Positions 47,728 through 60,626 are shown, numbered from the stretch's first letter. The stretch is 64,000 nucleotides of DNA from Actinomycetales bacterium (GCA_022701985.1 JAKONK010000053.1:1320-65319), one strand, 5' to 3'. A program made the numbers and translations. Notes: generated from the letters alone by a model not told the origin.

Positions 47728-49287
47728 GTGGCAGCAGCAGGGGTCCAGGAGCCGGTGGGTCCGGTCGGTCTCGCACCGGACGGCGAGACGGTCAGCAGCA
47801 CCGCCGCGGCGGAGAAGAGCAAGCTGCGCAAGCACTTCGGCCGCGCCGACATCTTCTTCTTCCTCGTGTGCACGCTCGTCGGCATCGACGCGCTCGGCAC
47901 GCTCTCCTCCGAGGGCGGGCAGGGCTTCACGTGGCTGGTGGTGTGCCTGCTGCTCTTCGCGGTGCCCTCGTCGGTCCTCCTGGCCGAGCTCGGCGCCACC
48001 TTCCCCGAGGAGGGCGGGCCCTACGTCTGGGTGCGCATGGCCTTCGGGCGCCTCGCGGGCGCCGTCAACAACCTCTTCTACTGGGTGACCAACCCGGTCT
48101 GGATGGGCGGCACCCTGGTCGGCACGGCGCTCGGCGGCCTCATGACCTTCTTCCACGGCGGCGAGGCCTTCTCGCTGCCGTTCCAGTACGCCTTCGCGAT
48201 GGTGTTCATCTGGGCGGGCGTGCTCTTCGCCGTCCTGAGCTTCCGCGTGGGCAAGTGGGTCGCCACCGTCGGGGCCCTGGCCCGCTTCGCCCTGCTGGGG
48301 CTGTTCAGCGCGCTGGTGCTCGCCTACGGCCTGCAGCACGGCTTCCACGGCCCGTCGGTCGGCAGCTACGCGCCGACGTTCGCCGGGTTCGTGCTGCTGG
48401 CGCCCGTGGTGCTGTTCAGCCTGGTGGGCTTCGAGCTGCCCAGCGCCGCGGGCGAGGAGATGCAGGACGCCGCGAAGGACGTGCCCGCGGGCATCCGGAA
48501 GTCCGTCGTCGCCACCGGGCTGCTGTACGCGCTGCCCGTGCTGGGCATCCTCGTGGTGCTCCCGGAGTCCCAGGCCAGCGGCCTGGCCGGCTTCTCCGAC
48601 GCGATCCGCCAGACCCTGACCGTGCTCGGCGGGTCCGTCACCGCCGCCGCCGACGGCACCACCGCGGTCACCCTGGCGCCGTTCTCCACCGCCGTCGGCT
48701 GGGCGATGGGCGTGCTCGTGGCGGTGGTCGCCTTCACCTCGGGGCTGACCTGGATCATGGGCTCGGACCGCACGCTGGCGGTCTCCTGCTACGACGGCGC
48801 GGGGCCCCGGGCCCTGGGCCGGTTCTCGGAGCGCTTCGGCACCCCGCTGCGGGTCAACGTGCTCTCGGGGGTCATCTCGACGCTCGTCTTCGTGGCCGCC
48901 AGCACCGTGACCTCGGGTGACGCCGGCAAGTTCTTCACCGTCGTCCTGGCGCTGGCCGTCTCGACCACGCTCATCAGCTACCTGGGCATCTTCCCGGCGG
49001 CGTGGGTGCTGCGGCGCCGCCTGCCCGACGCGCCGCGCCCCTACCGCGCCCCCGCCATCGGGCTGCTGACGGTCGTCTCGACGGGCTGGATCGTCTTCTG
49101 CACCGTGCAGATCCTCTTCCCGGGCCTGGGCGCGGGGTGGTTCACCGAGGAGTTCCGCGCCGACGGCTGGGCGTTCTCCGAGCGGTGGACCTACCTCTTC
49201 GTGGAGCTGGTGCCGCTGCTGGCCTTCACGGCGCTGGCCGTGGCCTTCTGGGCGGTGGGCCGCAGGGAGTCGAGCACCGCGGCCTGA
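47728..49287 (+). CDS. APC-family amino acid/polyamine permease
   Basis: AELGATFPEEGGPYVWV and GFELPS motifs; 12 TM. Confidence 0.9.
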   Translation: MAAAGVQEPVGPVGLAPDGETVSSTAAAEKSKLRKHFGRADIFFFLVCTLVGIDALGTLSSEGGQGFTWLVVCLLLFAVPSSVLLAELGATFPEEGGPYVWVRMAFGRLAGAVNNLFYWVTNPVWMGGTLVGTALGGLMTFFHGGEAFSLPFQYAFAMVFIWAGVLFAVLSFRVGKWVATVGALARFALLGLFSALVLAYGLQHGFHGPSVGSYAPTFAGFVLLAPVVLFSLVGFELPSAAGEEMQDAAKDVPAGIRKSVVATGLLYALPVLGILVVLPESQASGLAGFSDAIRQTLTVLGGSVTAAADGTTAVTLAPFSTAVGWAMGVLVAVVAFTSGLTWIMGSDRTLAVSCYDGAGPRALGRFSERFGTPLRVNVLSGVISTLVFVAASTVTSGDAGKFFTVVLALAVSTTLISYLGIFPAAWVLRRRLPDAPRPYRAPAIGLLTVVSTGWIVFCTVQILFPGLGAGWFTEEFRADGWAFSERWTYLFVELVPLLAFTALAVAFWAVGRRESSTAA

Positions 49288-49320
49288 CAGCGCTGGCAGC
49301 GTCGGCGGCGCTGGCGGCCG

Positions 49321-49377
49321 CGATCGTGCAGAAGACCCGCAGCCGGGAGTCCCGGGTGCGGGTCTTCTGCACGATCG
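49321..49377. repeat. Long inverted repeat (REP-like or bidirectional terminator)
   Basis: Perfect 21-bp arms CGATCGTGCAGAAGACCCGCA plus an inner CCGGG/CCCGG stem. Confidence 0.75.
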
Positions 49378-49397
49378 GCGCCTGGTCGGCGTCCGCG

Positions 49398-50500
49398 TCA
49401 GCGGCCGGCGAGCTCCAGCGCGACCAGCTCCGCGATCTGCGCGGTGTTCAGCGCGGCGCCCTTGCGCAGGTTGTCACCGCAGACGAACAGGTCGAGCGTG
49501 TTCGGGAAGTCCAGCGACTGCCGGATGCGCCCCACCCACGTCGGGTCGGAGCCGACGACGTCGGCAGGGGTCGGGAAGTCGCCGTTGGCCGGGTCGTCCA
49601 GGACCACCACGCTGGGCGCCTCGACGAGCGCCTGGCGCGCGTCGTCGACCTTGATGGCCTTCTGGAACGTGGCGTGCACCGCGAGGGAGTGCGTGGTCAC
49701 CACGGGCACCCGGACGCAGGTGGCGGAGACCTTGAGGTCGGGGATCCCGAGGATCTTGCGGCTCTCGGCGCGGACCTTCAGCTCCTCGCTGGACCAGCCG
49801 TCGTCCTTCAGCGAGCCGGCCCACGGCACGACGTTGAGGGCCAGCGGCGCCGGGAACGGCGAGGGCTCGTCGCCCAGGGCCTCGGCGATGGCGCCGCGCA
49901 CGTCACCCGAGCGGCTGCCGAGGCTGCGGTCGGCGGCGACCACGGCGAGCTCGTCGTGGAGCCTGTCGACGCCGGGCTGGCCGGCGCCGGAGGCGGCCTG
50001 GTAGGAGGCGACGACCAGCTCGGTGAGGCCCCAGCGGCGGTGGAGGGCGCCGAGCGCGTCCATCATCGTCAGGGTCGTGCAGTTGGGGTTCGCGATGATC
50101 CCCTTCGGCCGGGTCCGCGCCGCGGCGGCGTTGACCTCGGGCACCACGAGCGGGACGTCGGGGTCCATCCGGAAGGCGCCGGAGTTGTCGACCACGACGG
50201 CGCCGCGCGCCGCGGCAACCGGGCCCCACTCGGCGCTGACCTCGTCGGGGACGTCGAACATGGCGACGTCGACGCCGTCGAAGACCTCGGGCGCCAGGGC
50301 GACGACCTCGACCTCCTCGCCGCGCACGCGCAGCTTCCTGCCGGCCGAGCGGGCGGAGGCGACCAGGCGGATCTCGCCCCAGACGTCCTCGCGCGTCGAC
50401 AGGATGCCCAGCATCACGGTGCCGACGGCGCCGGTGGCGCCGACGACGGCCAGGACGGGCCTGCGGCCGGCCTGCGCGCCGGGGGTGGGGGTGCTCTCGC

Positions 50501-50504
<4 letters not shown>
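49398..50504 (-). CDS. asd: Aspartate-semialdehyde dehydrogenase
   Basis: [24 protein letters not shown]; ATGA overlap with ask. Confidence 0.96.
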
Positions 50505-51775
<1,271 letters not shown>

Positions 51776-51934
51776 CTCCGGCACCTCCTGCACGTCGGGC
51801 GCCGCCCGGCGGCACGAGTCACGACGGGGGCGCTGCGCCCGGCCGGGTGGTCCCGCGGCCTCACCAGCGCGGTGACCGACTCTACCGGCGCGGGTCGGCA
51901 GCGCCGACCGCCTCCGGTGCGGGAGGATCGGCGC

Positions 51935-53290
51935 ATGGCGCTGCCCCTGCAGATCACCGCCCTCGGCTCCGCGCCGGCGGCGCTGGCGCTCCCCGACCTG
52001 CCGTGGGACGTGCCGCTGAGCCAGTGGCCCGCCGACGTCCTGGCGGCGCTGCCCCGCGGCATCTCCCGGCACGTGGTGCGCTTCGTGCGCCTGCAGGACA
52101 CCGTCGCGGCGGTCAAGGAGAACACCGAGGAGCTCGTGCGCCGCGAGTACGGCCTGCTGCGCGTGCTGCGCCGCCTGGAGGTCCCCTGCGTGGTGCCGAT
52201 CGCCGTCGTCACCGGGCGCTCCAAGGCCGACGGCGAGCCGCTCGACCCGGCGCTGGTGACCCAGCACCTGCAGTTCTCGCTGCCCTACCGGGCGCTGTTC
52301 AGCCAGTCGCTGCGTCCCGACACGGCGACGCGCCTGGTCGACGCGCTCGCCGTGCTGCTGGTGCGCCTGCACCTCGCCGGCTTCTACTGGGGCGACGTGT
52401 CCCTGTCGAACACCCTGTTCCGCCGCGACGCCGGGGAGTTCGCCGCCTACCTGGTCGACGCCGAGACCGGTGAGCTGCACAACGAGCTGTCCGACGGGCA
52501 GCGCAGCAACGACGTCGAGGTCGCGCGCATCAACATCGCCGGCGAGCTGATGGACCTGGAGGCCGCGGAGTACCTCGACGAGGGCGTCGACCCGGTGGAG
52601 GTCGCGAACTCGATCGTCGAGCGGTACTACTCGCTCTGGGACGAGCTCACCGGCACCGAGTCCTTCGAGCAGGGCGAGCGCTGGCGCGTGCAGGCCCGCA
52701 TCGAGCGCCTCAACGAGCTGGGCTTCGACGTGGGCGAGCTGTCCATCAGCACCGACGTGGGCGGCTCGGTGGTGCAGATCCAGCCGAAGGTCGTCGACGC
52801 CGGGCACCACTCCCGCCGGCTGCTGCGCCTGACCGGCATCGACGCCGAGAACAACCAGGCCCGCCGCCTGCTCAACGACCTCGACGGCTACATCGCCGCC
52901 ACGGACCGCCAGAACGACCAGGAGGAGATCGTCGCCCACGAGTGGCTGGCGCGGGTCTTCGAGCCGGTCGTAAAGGCCGTGCCGCGCGAGCTGCGCCGCA
53001 AGCTGGAGCCGGCGGAGATCTTCCACGAGGTGCTGGAGCACCGCTGGTACCGCTCCCAGGAGCGCCAGCGCGACATCCCGCTGCTGGAGGCCGCCCGCTG
53101 GTACGTCGAGGACGTGCTGGCCCAGCGCCCCGACGAGCAGGCGCTCATCCTGCAGGCGGGGCTCATGAACACCGGTCAGCTGGCGGCGGTGGGCATGGAC
53201 GGCGACGAGGCGCCGCTGCTGTCGGGCGTCGACGACCCCGACGACCCCGAGTCCGACCGCATCGACGGCTGGCTGTCCAGCCACGGCTGA
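51935..53290 (+). CDS. DUF4032 protein with a Kdo/WaaP-like kinase fold
   Basis: [33 protein letters not shown]; start reset to ATG 51935. Confidence 0.85.
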   Translation: MALPLQITALGSAPAALALPDLPWDVPLSQWPADVLAALPRGISRHVVRFVRLQDTVAAVKENTEELVRREYGLLRVLRRLEVPCVVPIAVVTGRSKADGEPLDPALVTQHLQFSLPYRALFSQSLRPDTATRLVDALAVLLVRLHLAGFYWGDVSLSNTLFRRDAGEFAAYLVDAETGELHNELSDGQRSNDVEVARINIAGELMDLEAAEYLDEGVDPVEVANSIVERYYSLWDELTGTESFEQGERWRVQARIERLNELGFDVGELSISTDVGGSVVQIQPKVVDAGHHSRRLLRLTGIDAENNQARRLLNDLDGYIAATDRQNDQEEIVAHEWLARVFEPVVKAVPRELRRKLEPAEIFHEVLEHRWYRSQERQRDIPLLEAARWYVEDVLAQRPDEQALILQAGLMNTGQLAAVGMDGDEAPLLSGVDDPDDPESDRIDGWLSSHG

Positions 53291-54312
53291 GCCTCGGCCA
53301 GGGCCGGCGTCCACACCGCGGTGCGACCGCGTCCGGCGCGCTTGGCCGCGTAGAGGGCCTGGTCGGCGCGCGGGAGCGCGGTGTCGAGGTCGTCCCCGGC
53401 GGCGAGCCCCGTGACGCCGGCGGTGCAGCTGCGCCCGGTCGGGAGCGCCGACCGCAGGCGGTCGGTGAGGTCCGCGGCCCCGGCGGGGTCGAGGCGGACG
53501 ACGAGCACGAACTCGTCGCCGCCCCAGCGCCCGAGCACCGCTGACGGCGGCAGCAGCGCGCTCCACGCCGTCGCCGCGCGGCGCAGCAGCTCGTCACCGG
53601 CGGCGTGGCCGGTGGTGTCGTTCACCTGCTTGAAGTGGTCGAGGTCGAGGACCGCCAGCGACAGGGGCGCGTCCCCGCGGTGCGCTGCGAGGGAGGCGGC
53701 GAGGCGGTTCTCGGTGCCCCGCCGGTTGGGCAGCCCCGTGAGCACGTCGACCTCCGCGGCCGTCGTCGCCGTCGCGATGGACCGGGACAGCAGCCCGACG
53801 ACGACGCCCGTGGTCACCAGCTCGCCGATCAGCACGACGAGGTCCCCCGCCGAGACGCCCGGCACCGAGCTGAGCGCGACGGACGCGACCGCGGCGGTCA
53901 GCAGCGTCAGGGCCGCGGCGGTGGCCCAGGTGAAGAAGAAGAAGGCGACCACCACCATCACCGCGAACAGCCCGGCGTCGGTGGCGCTCGGCGTGCCGCC
54001 GCCGTCGAGGTGGACACCGGCGCCGATGGCGAGGGTGACCACCGGGTACACGGCCAGGTGGTGCGAGGCGCGCATGCGCCGGCGGAACGGCCAGACCACC
54101 AGTCCCCCCGCGACGGCCAGCAGGGCGACCGCGAGCGAGGGCCAGGAGTGCGGCCAGCCGGGCCGCAGGAGCGTGGCGAACGCCACGGTCCCACCGCACA
54201 GCACCATGACCAGCGACGTCGTCGTACCGATCGTGGTGCTGTGCACCGCCGGCTGGGTGCGGGCGGCGCCGGCCAGCGCCCGCAGGAGCTGGGGGAGGGC
54301 CCGGCGGGTCAT
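53176..54312 (-). CDS. Membrane diguanylate cyclase
   Basis: [20 protein letters not shown], intact [14 protein letters not shown]. Confidence 0.9.
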   Translation of the reverse strand: MTRRALPQLLRALAGAARTQPAVHSTTIGTTTSLVMVLCGGTVAFATLLRPGWPHSWPSLAVALLAVAGGLVVWPFRRRMRASHHLAVYPVVTLAIGAGVHLDGGGTPSATDAGLFAVMVVVAFFFFTWATAAALTLLTAAVASVALSSVPGVSAGDLVVLIGELVTTGVVVGLLSRSIATATTAAEVDVLTGLPNRRGTENRLAASLAAHRGDAPLSLAVLDLDHFKQVNDTTGHAAGDELLRRAATAWSALLPPSAVLGRWGGDEFVLVVRLDPAGAADLTDRLRSALPTGRSCTAGVTGLAAGDDLDTALPRADQALYAAKRAGRGRTAVWTPALAEAQPWLDSQPSMRSDSGSSGSSTPDSSGASSPSMPTAAS

Positions 54313-56126
54313 CGGAGGTCCCCTGCCGGGACCGCGGGGCGGGGCACCGGGACGCCCACCTCGCGCAGGAGCCGCTCGGTGAAGTCCGAGGCGGGGAGGG
54401 CCGGGGCCCACAACCAGCCCTGGGCCTCCTCGCAGCCGCGCTCGCGCAGCCAGGCGGCCTGGTGCTCGGTCTCGACGCCCTCGGCCACGACCGACATGTC
54501 CAGCGCCTGCGCCAGCGCGACCACGCCGGCGCACAGCGCCGCGTCGCTGCCGGGGGCGACGGTGGTGACGAAGCTCCGGTCGATCTTCAGCACGTCCAGC
54601 GGCAGGCGGCCCAGCCGGGCCAGGCTCGACCACCCGGTGCCGAAGTCGTCGACGGCGAGGCGCACCCCGGCGGCGCGCAGCGCGTGCAGGTTGTCGGCCA
54701 CCACCGGGGAGTCCTCGTCGAGCAGGCCCTCGACGACCTCCACCACGAGGCGGTGCCCGGGCAGGTCCGCGGCGTGGAGCGCGGAGACCACCCAGGCGGC
54801 GTAGTCGGGGCTCGCCAGCTCGGTGCCCGAGGCGTTGACGGCCACCGTCAGCGGTTCCGGGCCGGCGGGGCACGGCCAGGAGGCGGCGTCGGCGCAGGCC
54901 CGCCGGAGCACGAAGCGGCCCAGGTCGACGACGGCACCGCTGGTCTCGGCGTGCGGCAGGAAGTCCGACGGGGGCACGAAGCCGCCGCTGGCGCGCCGCC
55001 ACCTCACGAGGGCCTCGGCCCCGGTGGTGCGGCCCGTGGCCAGGGAGACGACGGGCTGGTAGTGCACCTCGACCTCACCGGCCTCCAGGGCCGCGAGGAA
55101 GCCCCGCCCGGTGGGGGTGCCGGGCGCCCACAGGTGGGTGGAGCCCCGCTGGGCGCGCTTGGCGGCGGCCAGGGAGCCGTCGGCGTGGTCGACCACGTCC
55201 TCGAGCTCGTCGTCCATCTCGGCGGCGACGACCCCGGCGCTGAAGGTCAGGTCCTCGGGGCAGCGGGCCCGCAGCCCCTGCACCAGGTCCCAGGCGGCGT
55301 CCAGGTCGCCCCGGACCACGAGGGCGAACTGGTCACCGCTCCAGCGGCCGAGGACGGCCCCGCGCGGCAGCACCCCCGACCAGTCCAGGGCGAGCCGCTG
55401 CAGGACGGCGTCGCCGGCGGCGTGCCCGCGGGTGTCGTTGACGGCGGTGAACCTGTCCAGGCCCAGCACCGCGAAGACGACCGGATCGCCACCGCGGACG
55501 GCCTGGTCCAGGCTCCGCGACAGCTTGGCGGTGGTGCTGGTGCGGTCGGGCAGGCGGGTCAGCGGGTCGCGCCCCGCGCCCTCCGAGGCGCGGGCCAGCA
55601 GGCGCACGAGCACCGCCACGACGACCACGACGACCCCGCCGGCGAGGACGTCGTCCACCGAGGAGCCGGTGCTCGCCAGGGCGGCGACCAGCACCGCGGC
55701 GGCGACGGCGGCGTGGGCGGCGTGGGCGCGGCCGCTGAAGTAGAAGGCGCTGCTGACGACGGGGAGCACCATCAGCCAGGAGTCAGCCGCCGCGTGGGTC
55801 CCGGGGCCGTAGAGGTGCAGGCCCGCGCCGATGGCCAGCAGGGCGACCAGCTGGGTGACGTGGAAGTGCCACACCGCCGTCATCCGGTGGCGCAGGGCGT
55901 GGATCGCTCCCGCGGCGGCCGCTGCACCGACGGCGAAGCCCCACACGGCACCGGGGCGGGGCAGGTCGCCGCGCAGCAGCAGGCCGGCGCCGGTGACGGC
56001 GGCCCCGACGAGGTACAGCGCGACCGAGGCCCGGCGCATGACCTCGACCGAGGCGCCCTCCCGGGGCGTCACGGCCTCGTGGCGCACCGCGCGGGCGAGG
56101 CGGCCCAGGGCGGCGGGGAGGCTCAC
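54309..56126 (-). CDS. Membrane GGDEF(degenerate)-EAL phosphodiesterase
   Basis: SGDQF in place of GGDEF; EAL, DDFGTG, KIDRSF and EGVE intact. Confidence 0.9.
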   Translation of the reverse strand: MSLPAALGRLARAVRHEAVTPREGASVEVMRRASVALYLVGAAVTGAGLLLRGDLPRPGAVWGFAVGAAAAAGAIHALRHRMTAVWHFHVTQLVALLAIGAGLHLYGPGTHAAADSWLMVLPVVSSAFYFSGRAHAAHAAVAAAVLVAALASTGSSVDDVLAGGVVVVVVAVLVRLLARASEGAGRDPLTRLPDRTSTTAKLSRSLDQAVRGGDPVVFAVLGLDRFTAVNDTRGHAAGDAVLQRLALDWSGVLPRGAVLGRWSGDQFALVVRGDLDAAWDLVQGLRARCPEDLTFSAGVVAAEMDDELEDVVDHADGSLAAAKRAQRGSTHLWAPGTPTGRGFLAALEAGEVEVHYQPVVSLATGRTTGAEALVRWRRASGGFVPPSDFLPHAETSGAVVDLGRFVLRRACADAASWPCPAGPEPLTVAVNASGTELASPDYAAWVVSALHAADLPGHRLVVEVVEGLLDEDSPVVADNLHALRAAGVRLAVDDFGTGWSSLARLGRLPLDVLKIDRSFVTTVAPGSDAALCAGVVALAQALDMSVVAEGVETEHQAAWLRERGCEEAQGWLWAPALPASDFTERLLREVGVPVPRPAVPAGDLR

Positions 56127-56200
56127 GTCCCCCTCATCGGACCGCCGGCGCGCCCGCTTGAGGCGGACGGCCGGCGGACCGCCGACCGGCTCCCACCCGG

Positions 56201-56236
56201 AGGCGGTCAGAGGCGGTCAGAGGCGGTCAGAGGCGG
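56201..56236. repeat. 10-bp tandem repeat (AGGCGGTCAG x3.6) at the rlmB 3' end
   Basis: Direct reading; the last full copy contains the rlmB stop. Confidence 0.85.
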
Positions 56237-57276
56237 GCGCGGGCCCCCGCCGCCGTGCGGGCGCGCGCCACCTCGTACAGCGCGATGCTGCAGGCGACGC
56301 CGGCGTTGAGCGACTCCACGGCACCGGCCATGGGGATCGAGGCGACCAGGTCGCAGCCCTCCCGCACCAGGCGCGACAGCCCCCGGCCCTCGGAGCCGAT
56401 GACGATGGCCACCGGGCCCTCGGCGATGCGCGCGACCTCGGCGGAGCCCACGGGGGCGTCGGCGTCGGCGTCCAGTCCGATGACGAAGCAGCCGGCGTCC
56501 TTCGCGACCTTCAGCGCACGGGTCAGGTTGGTCTCCCGGGCGACCGGCAGACGGGCCGCGGCACCGGCGGAGGTCTTCCAGGCGCTGGCGGTCATGCCCG
56601 CCGAGCGGCGCTCGGGCAGCAGCACGCACGAGGCGCCGAAGGCGGCGGCCGAGCGGACGACGGCCCCCAGGTTGCGCGGGTCGGTCACCCCGTCGAGGGC
56701 CACGACCAGCGGTGCGCGGCCCGCGGCGGCGTCGTCGTCGAGGACGTCGGCCAGGGTGGTGTACGAGTACGGCGGCACGGTGAGCACCAGGCCCTGGTGC
56801 ACCGCCCCGTCGGTCATGCGGTCGAGGTCGGTGCGGGTCGTCTCCAGCACCGGCAGGCCGCGGTCGGCGGCCGCGCGGAGCACCTCGCGCACGCGGTCGT
56901 CGGTCTCGATGCGGGTCGCGACGTGCAGCGCGGTCGCCGGGACGCCGGTGCGCAGCGCCTCGACCACGGAGTTGCGGCCCGCCACCGCCTCGTTGCCGGA
57001 GCGGCTGGTGGTGGTGCGGCCCGCGCGGGGAGAGCCGACCGGGGGCCGCCCTCCCGAGCGCGCCGGGGCGGAGGCCGCCGCGGGCGGGCCCTGCTCGGCG
57101 CGGCGCGCGGCTGCTGCGGCGCGCTTGGCGGCGGGGTGCTTGGTGCGCTCCTCGGCGGGGGGCGTGGGGCCGCGGCCCTCGAGGGCCCGGCGGCCCTTGC
57201 CCCCGGTGCCGGTGGTGGCGCCCTTCTTGCTGCCGGCGTTGCGCACGGCGCCGCGGCGGGTCGAGTTGCCGGCCAT
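56227..57276 (-). CDS. rlmB: 23S rRNA Gm2251 methyltransferase
   Basis: [25 protein letters not shown] (SPOUT); next to cysS. Confidence 0.94.
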   Translation of the reverse strand: MAGNSTRRGAVRNAGSKKGATTGTGGKGRRALEGRGPTPPAEERTKHPAAKRAAAAARRAEQGPPAAASAPARSGGRPPVGSPRAGRTTTSRSGNEAVAGRNSVVEALRTGVPATALHVATRIETDDRVREVLRAAADRGLPVLETTRTDLDRMTDGAVHQGLVLTVPPYSYTTLADVLDDDAAAGRAPLVVALDGVTDPRNLGAVVRSAAAFGASCVLLPERRSAGMTASAWKTSAGAAARLPVARETNLTRALKVAKDAGCFVIGLDADADAPVGSAEVARIAEGPVAIVIGSEGRGLSRLVREGCDLVASIPMAGAVESLNAGVACSIALYEVARARTAAGARARL

Positions 57277-57312
57277 GGGTGGGTCTCCTGTCGAGGGGGT
57301 GGGTGGGCGGCG

Positions 57313-58764
57313 TCAGCCGCCGAGCGACCAGCGGGCGCCGTCGGACGAGTCCTGGACGCGCACGCCGGCGGCGGCGAGGGTGTCGCGCACGGCGTCGGCC
57401 GCGGCGAAGTCCCTGCGGGCCCTGGCCTGCGCGCGGGCGTCGAGCTGTGCCTGCACCAGGGCGGCGAGGGCCTTCTCCTGGGCGGCCTGCGCCGACGACG
57501 CGGCGCCGGTGCCGCCGCTCCAGTGCGGGTCGAGCGGGTCGATGCCGAGCGCCCGCACGATGGCGGTCACGTCGTTGGCGGCGGCGACGGCGAACTGCTC
57601 GCGGTCGTTGTCGAGCGCGACGTTCCCGGCGCGCACCGTGTCGTGGAGCACCGCGAGCGCGCCGGGGACGTTGAGGTCGTCGTCCATGGCGGCGCGGAAG
57701 GCGGGCGGGAGGCGCAGCGCCGGGGCTCCGGAGCCGGCGGGGCGGGAGGCGTAGGCGTCGACGACCGGCTGCACCCGGCGCAGGAAGGTCTCCACGCGCC
57801 CGACGGCGCTCTCCGCCTCGGTGAGCGACGTGGCCGAGTGCTCCAGGTTGGACCGGTAGTGCGCCGAGCCGAGGTAGTAGCGCAGCGCCAGCGGGGTCGT
57901 GCTCCTCAGCACCTCGGTGACCAGCAGGGAGTTGCCGAGCGACTTGCTCATCTTCTCCCCGCCCTGCGTGACCCAGCCGTTGTGCAGCCAGTAGGAGGCG
58001 AACCCGAGGCCGGCGGCGCGGCTCTGCGCCTGCTCGTTCTCGTGGTGGGGGAAGCGCAGGTCGAGGCCGCCGCCGTGGACGTCGAAGGCGTCGCCGAGGT
58101 AGCGGCGGGCCATCGCGGAGCACTCCAGGTGCCAGCCCGGTCGGCCGCGGCCGAACGGCGTGGGCCACGAGGCCGTGGCGGGCTCGCCGGGCTTGGAGCC
58201 CTTCCAGAGGGCGAAGTCGCGGGGGTCGCGCTTGCCGCGGGGGTCGGCGTCCTCGGCGGGGGCGACGTCGTCGATCCTGACGTGCGTCAGCGCGCCGTAC
58301 TCGGCGAAGGAGCGGACGTCGAAGTAGACGTCGCCCGAGCCGTCGGCGGCGGCGTACGCGTGACCGCGCTCGACCAGGAGCTCCACGAGCTCGACCATCT
58401 CCGGCACGTGGCCGGTGGCGCGCGGCTCGTAGGTGGGGCGGCGCACGCCCACGGCGTCGTAGGCGGCCGTGAAGGCCTGCTCGTGGGTGTACGCCCACGC
58501 CCACCAGGGGCGGCCGGCGTCGGCGGCCTTCGTGAGGATCTTGTCGTCGATGTCGGTGACGTTGCGCACGAACGTCACCTCGAGGCCGTGGCCGACCTCG
58601 AGCCAGCGGGCCAGCACGTCGAAGGCGACGCCGGAGCGCAGGTGCCCGATGTGCGGCGGCGCCTGCACGGTGGCGCCGCAGAGGTAGATGGAGGCCGCTC
58701 CGGGGCGCAGGGGCTCGAAGTCGCGCACGGCGGCGGCCTCGGTGTCGTACAGGCGGAGGGGCAC
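57313..58764 (-). CDS. cysS: Cysteinyl-tRNA synthetase
   Basis: CGATV, HIGH, GWHLECS, KMSKS. Confidence 0.98.
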   Translation of the reverse strand: MPLRLYDTEAAAVRDFEPLRPGAASIYLCGATVQAPPHIGHLRSGVAFDVLARWLEVGHGLEVTFVRNVTDIDDKILTKAADAGRPWWAWAYTHEQAFTAAYDAVGVRRPTYEPRATGHVPEMVELVELLVERGHAYAAADGSGDVYFDVRSFAEYGALTHVRIDDVAPAEDADPRGKRDPRDFALWKGSKPGEPATASWPTPFGRGRPGWHLECSAMARRYLGDAFDVHGGGLDLRFPHHENEQAQSRAAGLGFASYWLHNGWVTQGGEKMSKSLGNSLLVTEVLRSTTPLALRYYLGSAHYRSNLEHSATSLTEAESAVGRVETFLRRVQPVVDAYASRPAGSGAPALRLPPAFRAAMDDDLNVPGALAVLHDTVRAGNVALDNDREQFAVAAANDVTAIVRALGIDPLDPHWSGGTGAASSAQAAQEKALAALVQAQLDARAQARARRDFAAADAVRDTLAAAGVRVQDSSDGARWSLGG

Positions 58765-58898
58765 CCCCCCAGGTTATCGGCGCTGGCGGGCCGCCCGGTC
58801 CAGCGCCGCGGACCCCGGTCGCCCCGCCGGTGCACCAGCGGCCGCCGGTGCGCCGGTCCGTGGGTGACGACGGGCGAGCGGCTCGCTAGCGTCGCCCC

Positions 58899-59984
58899 AT
58901 GCCTCACACCGTCAAGGGCGTCGTCGCCCTCAGCAAGGGAGCTCCCGTCGAGCTCGTCGACGTCGTGGTCCCCGACCCGGGCCCCTTCGAGGCCGTGGTC
59001 GACGTCCAGGCCTGCGGCGTCTGCCACACCGACCTGCACTACCGCGAGGGCGGCATCTCCGACGACTACCCCTTCCTGCTGGGCCACGAGGCCGCGGGCG
59101 TGGTCTCCGCGGTCGGCGAGGCGGTGACCGACGTCGCCGTGGGCGACTACGTCGTCCTCAACTGGCGCGCGGTCTGCGGCAGCTGCCGCGCCTGCCGCCG
59201 CGGCCGCCCCTGGTACTGCTTCGCCACGCACAACGCCGAGCAGAAGATGACCCTGGCCGACGGGACGCCCCTGTCCCCCGCCCTCGGCATCGGCGCCTTC
59301 GCCGAGAAGACCCTCGTGCACGCCGGGCAGTGCACCAAGGTCGACCCGGCCCTCCCCGCCGCCGCCGCGGGCCTCCTGGGCTGCGGGATCATGGCGGGCT
59401 TCGGCGCGGCCGTGAACACCGGCGCGGTGACCCGCGGTGACTCCGTGGCCGTCATCGGGTGCGGCGGCGTCGGCGACGCCGCCATCGCCGGCGCGAAGCT
59501 CGCCGGGGCGACCACCGTCATCGCGGTGGACGTCGACGACCGCAAGCTCGAGGTCGCGAGGCGCTTCGGGGCCACCCACACCGTGAACAGCCGCTCCTCC
59601 GACGCCGTGGAGAGCATCCGCGCACTGACCGGCGGCAACGGTGCCGACGTCGTCGTGGAGGCCGTGGGTCGCCCGGAGACGTACGAGCAGGCGTTCTACG
59701 CCCGCGACCTCGCCGGCACCGTGGTGCTCGTGGGCGTCCCGACCCCGCAGATGAGGATCGAGCTGCCCCTGCTCGACGTCTTCGGCCGGGGAGGCGCGCT
59801 GAAGTCGAGCTGGTACGGCGACTGCCTGCCCGAGCGCGACTTCCCGATGCTCGCCGCCCTGGCGCTGCAGGGCAGGTTCCCCCTGCAGGACTTCGTCACC
59901 GAGACGGTGGGCCTGGGCGACGTCGAGGCCGCGTTCGCCGCCATGGGCCGCGGCGACGTGCTGCGCTCGGTGGTGGTCCTGTGA
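58899..59984 (+). CDS. mscR: S-(hydroxymethyl)mycothiol dehydrogenase
   Basis: CHTD, GHE, structural Zn Cys cluster, [14 protein letters not shown]. Confidence 0.92.
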   Translation: MPHTVKGVVALSKGAPVELVDVVVPDPGPFEAVVDVQACGVCHTDLHYREGGISDDYPFLLGHEAAGVVSAVGEAVTDVAVGDYVVLNWRAVCGSCRACRRGRPWYCFATHNAEQKMTLADGTPLSPALGIGAFAEKTLVHAGQCTKVDPALPAAAAGLLGCGIMAGFGAAVNTGAVTRGDSVAVIGCGGVGDAAIAGAKLAGATTVIAVDVDDRKLEVARRFGATHTVNSRSSDAVESIRALTGGNGADVVVEAVGRPETYEQAFYARDLAGTVVLVGVPTPQMRIELPLLDVFGRGGALKSSWYGDCLPERDFPMLAALALQGRFPLQDFVTETVGLGDVEAAFAAMGRGDVLRSVVVL

Positions 59985-60625
59985 CCGCCGCGACGGGGAC
60001 CTTCCGCCTCGACCGGGGCACCGCCGAGGGCACCTTCAGCCTCGACGGGCAGACCTTCGACGTCGAGAACAACGTCCTGGTGCTCGGGGACGACGCCGAG
60101 TGCCTCGTCGTCGACGCGCCGCACGACCTCGAGGCCATCGCCGCGCTGGTGGGCGGCCGGCGCGTCGTCGCCGTCGTGTGCACCCACGCCCACGACGACC
60201 ACGTGCGCCGCGCCCCCGCGGCCGGGGAGCGCTTCGCGGCGCCGGTGATGCTGCACCGCGACGACCTCGGCCTGTGGACGCTGACCCACCCGACGTCGGC
60301 GCCGAGCGAGCTCCTCGAGGACGGCCAGGTCCTCGTCGTGGCCGGCCACGAGGTGCACGTGCTGCACACCCCGGGGCACTCCCCCGGCTCGGTGTGCCTC
60401 TACGTGCCCTCGCTGGAGACCGTGCTCACCGGTGACACGCTCTTCGCCGGGGGGCCCGGGGCCACCGGCCGCTCCTTCAGCGACTTCCCGACGATCATCA
60501 CCTCCATCCGGGAGCGCCTGCTCGCGCTGCCCCCGGGCACCGCAGTGGTGCCGGGTCACGGCGGCTCGACCACGGTCGGCGACGAGTCGCCGCACCTGCA
60601 GGAGTGGGTCGACAGGGGCCACTGA
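59981..60625 (+). CDS. MBL-fold metallo-hydrolase (Rv2260-like)
   Basis: [20 protein letters not shown]; GTGA overlap with mscR. Confidence 0.9.
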   Translation: MTAATGTFRLDRGTAEGTFSLDGQTFDVENNVLVLGDDAECLVVDAPHDLEAIAALVGGRRVVAVVCTHAHDDHVRRAPAAGERFAAPVMLHRDDLGLWTLTHPTSAPSELLEDGQVLVVAGHEVHVLHTPGHSPGSVCLYVPSLETVLTGDTLFAGGPGATGRSFSDFPTIITSIRERLLALPPGTAVVPGHGGSTTVGDESPHLQEWVDRGH

Positions 60626-60626
60626 G

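Noticed and set aside
51776-51934. Lysine riboswitch upstream of ask
   Set aside because: The 159-bp region also holds a divergent promoter and I see no riboswitch core; an Rfam scan would settle it
55831-59127. 1098-aa plus-strand ORF
   Set aside because: Antisense shadow of rlmB/cysS
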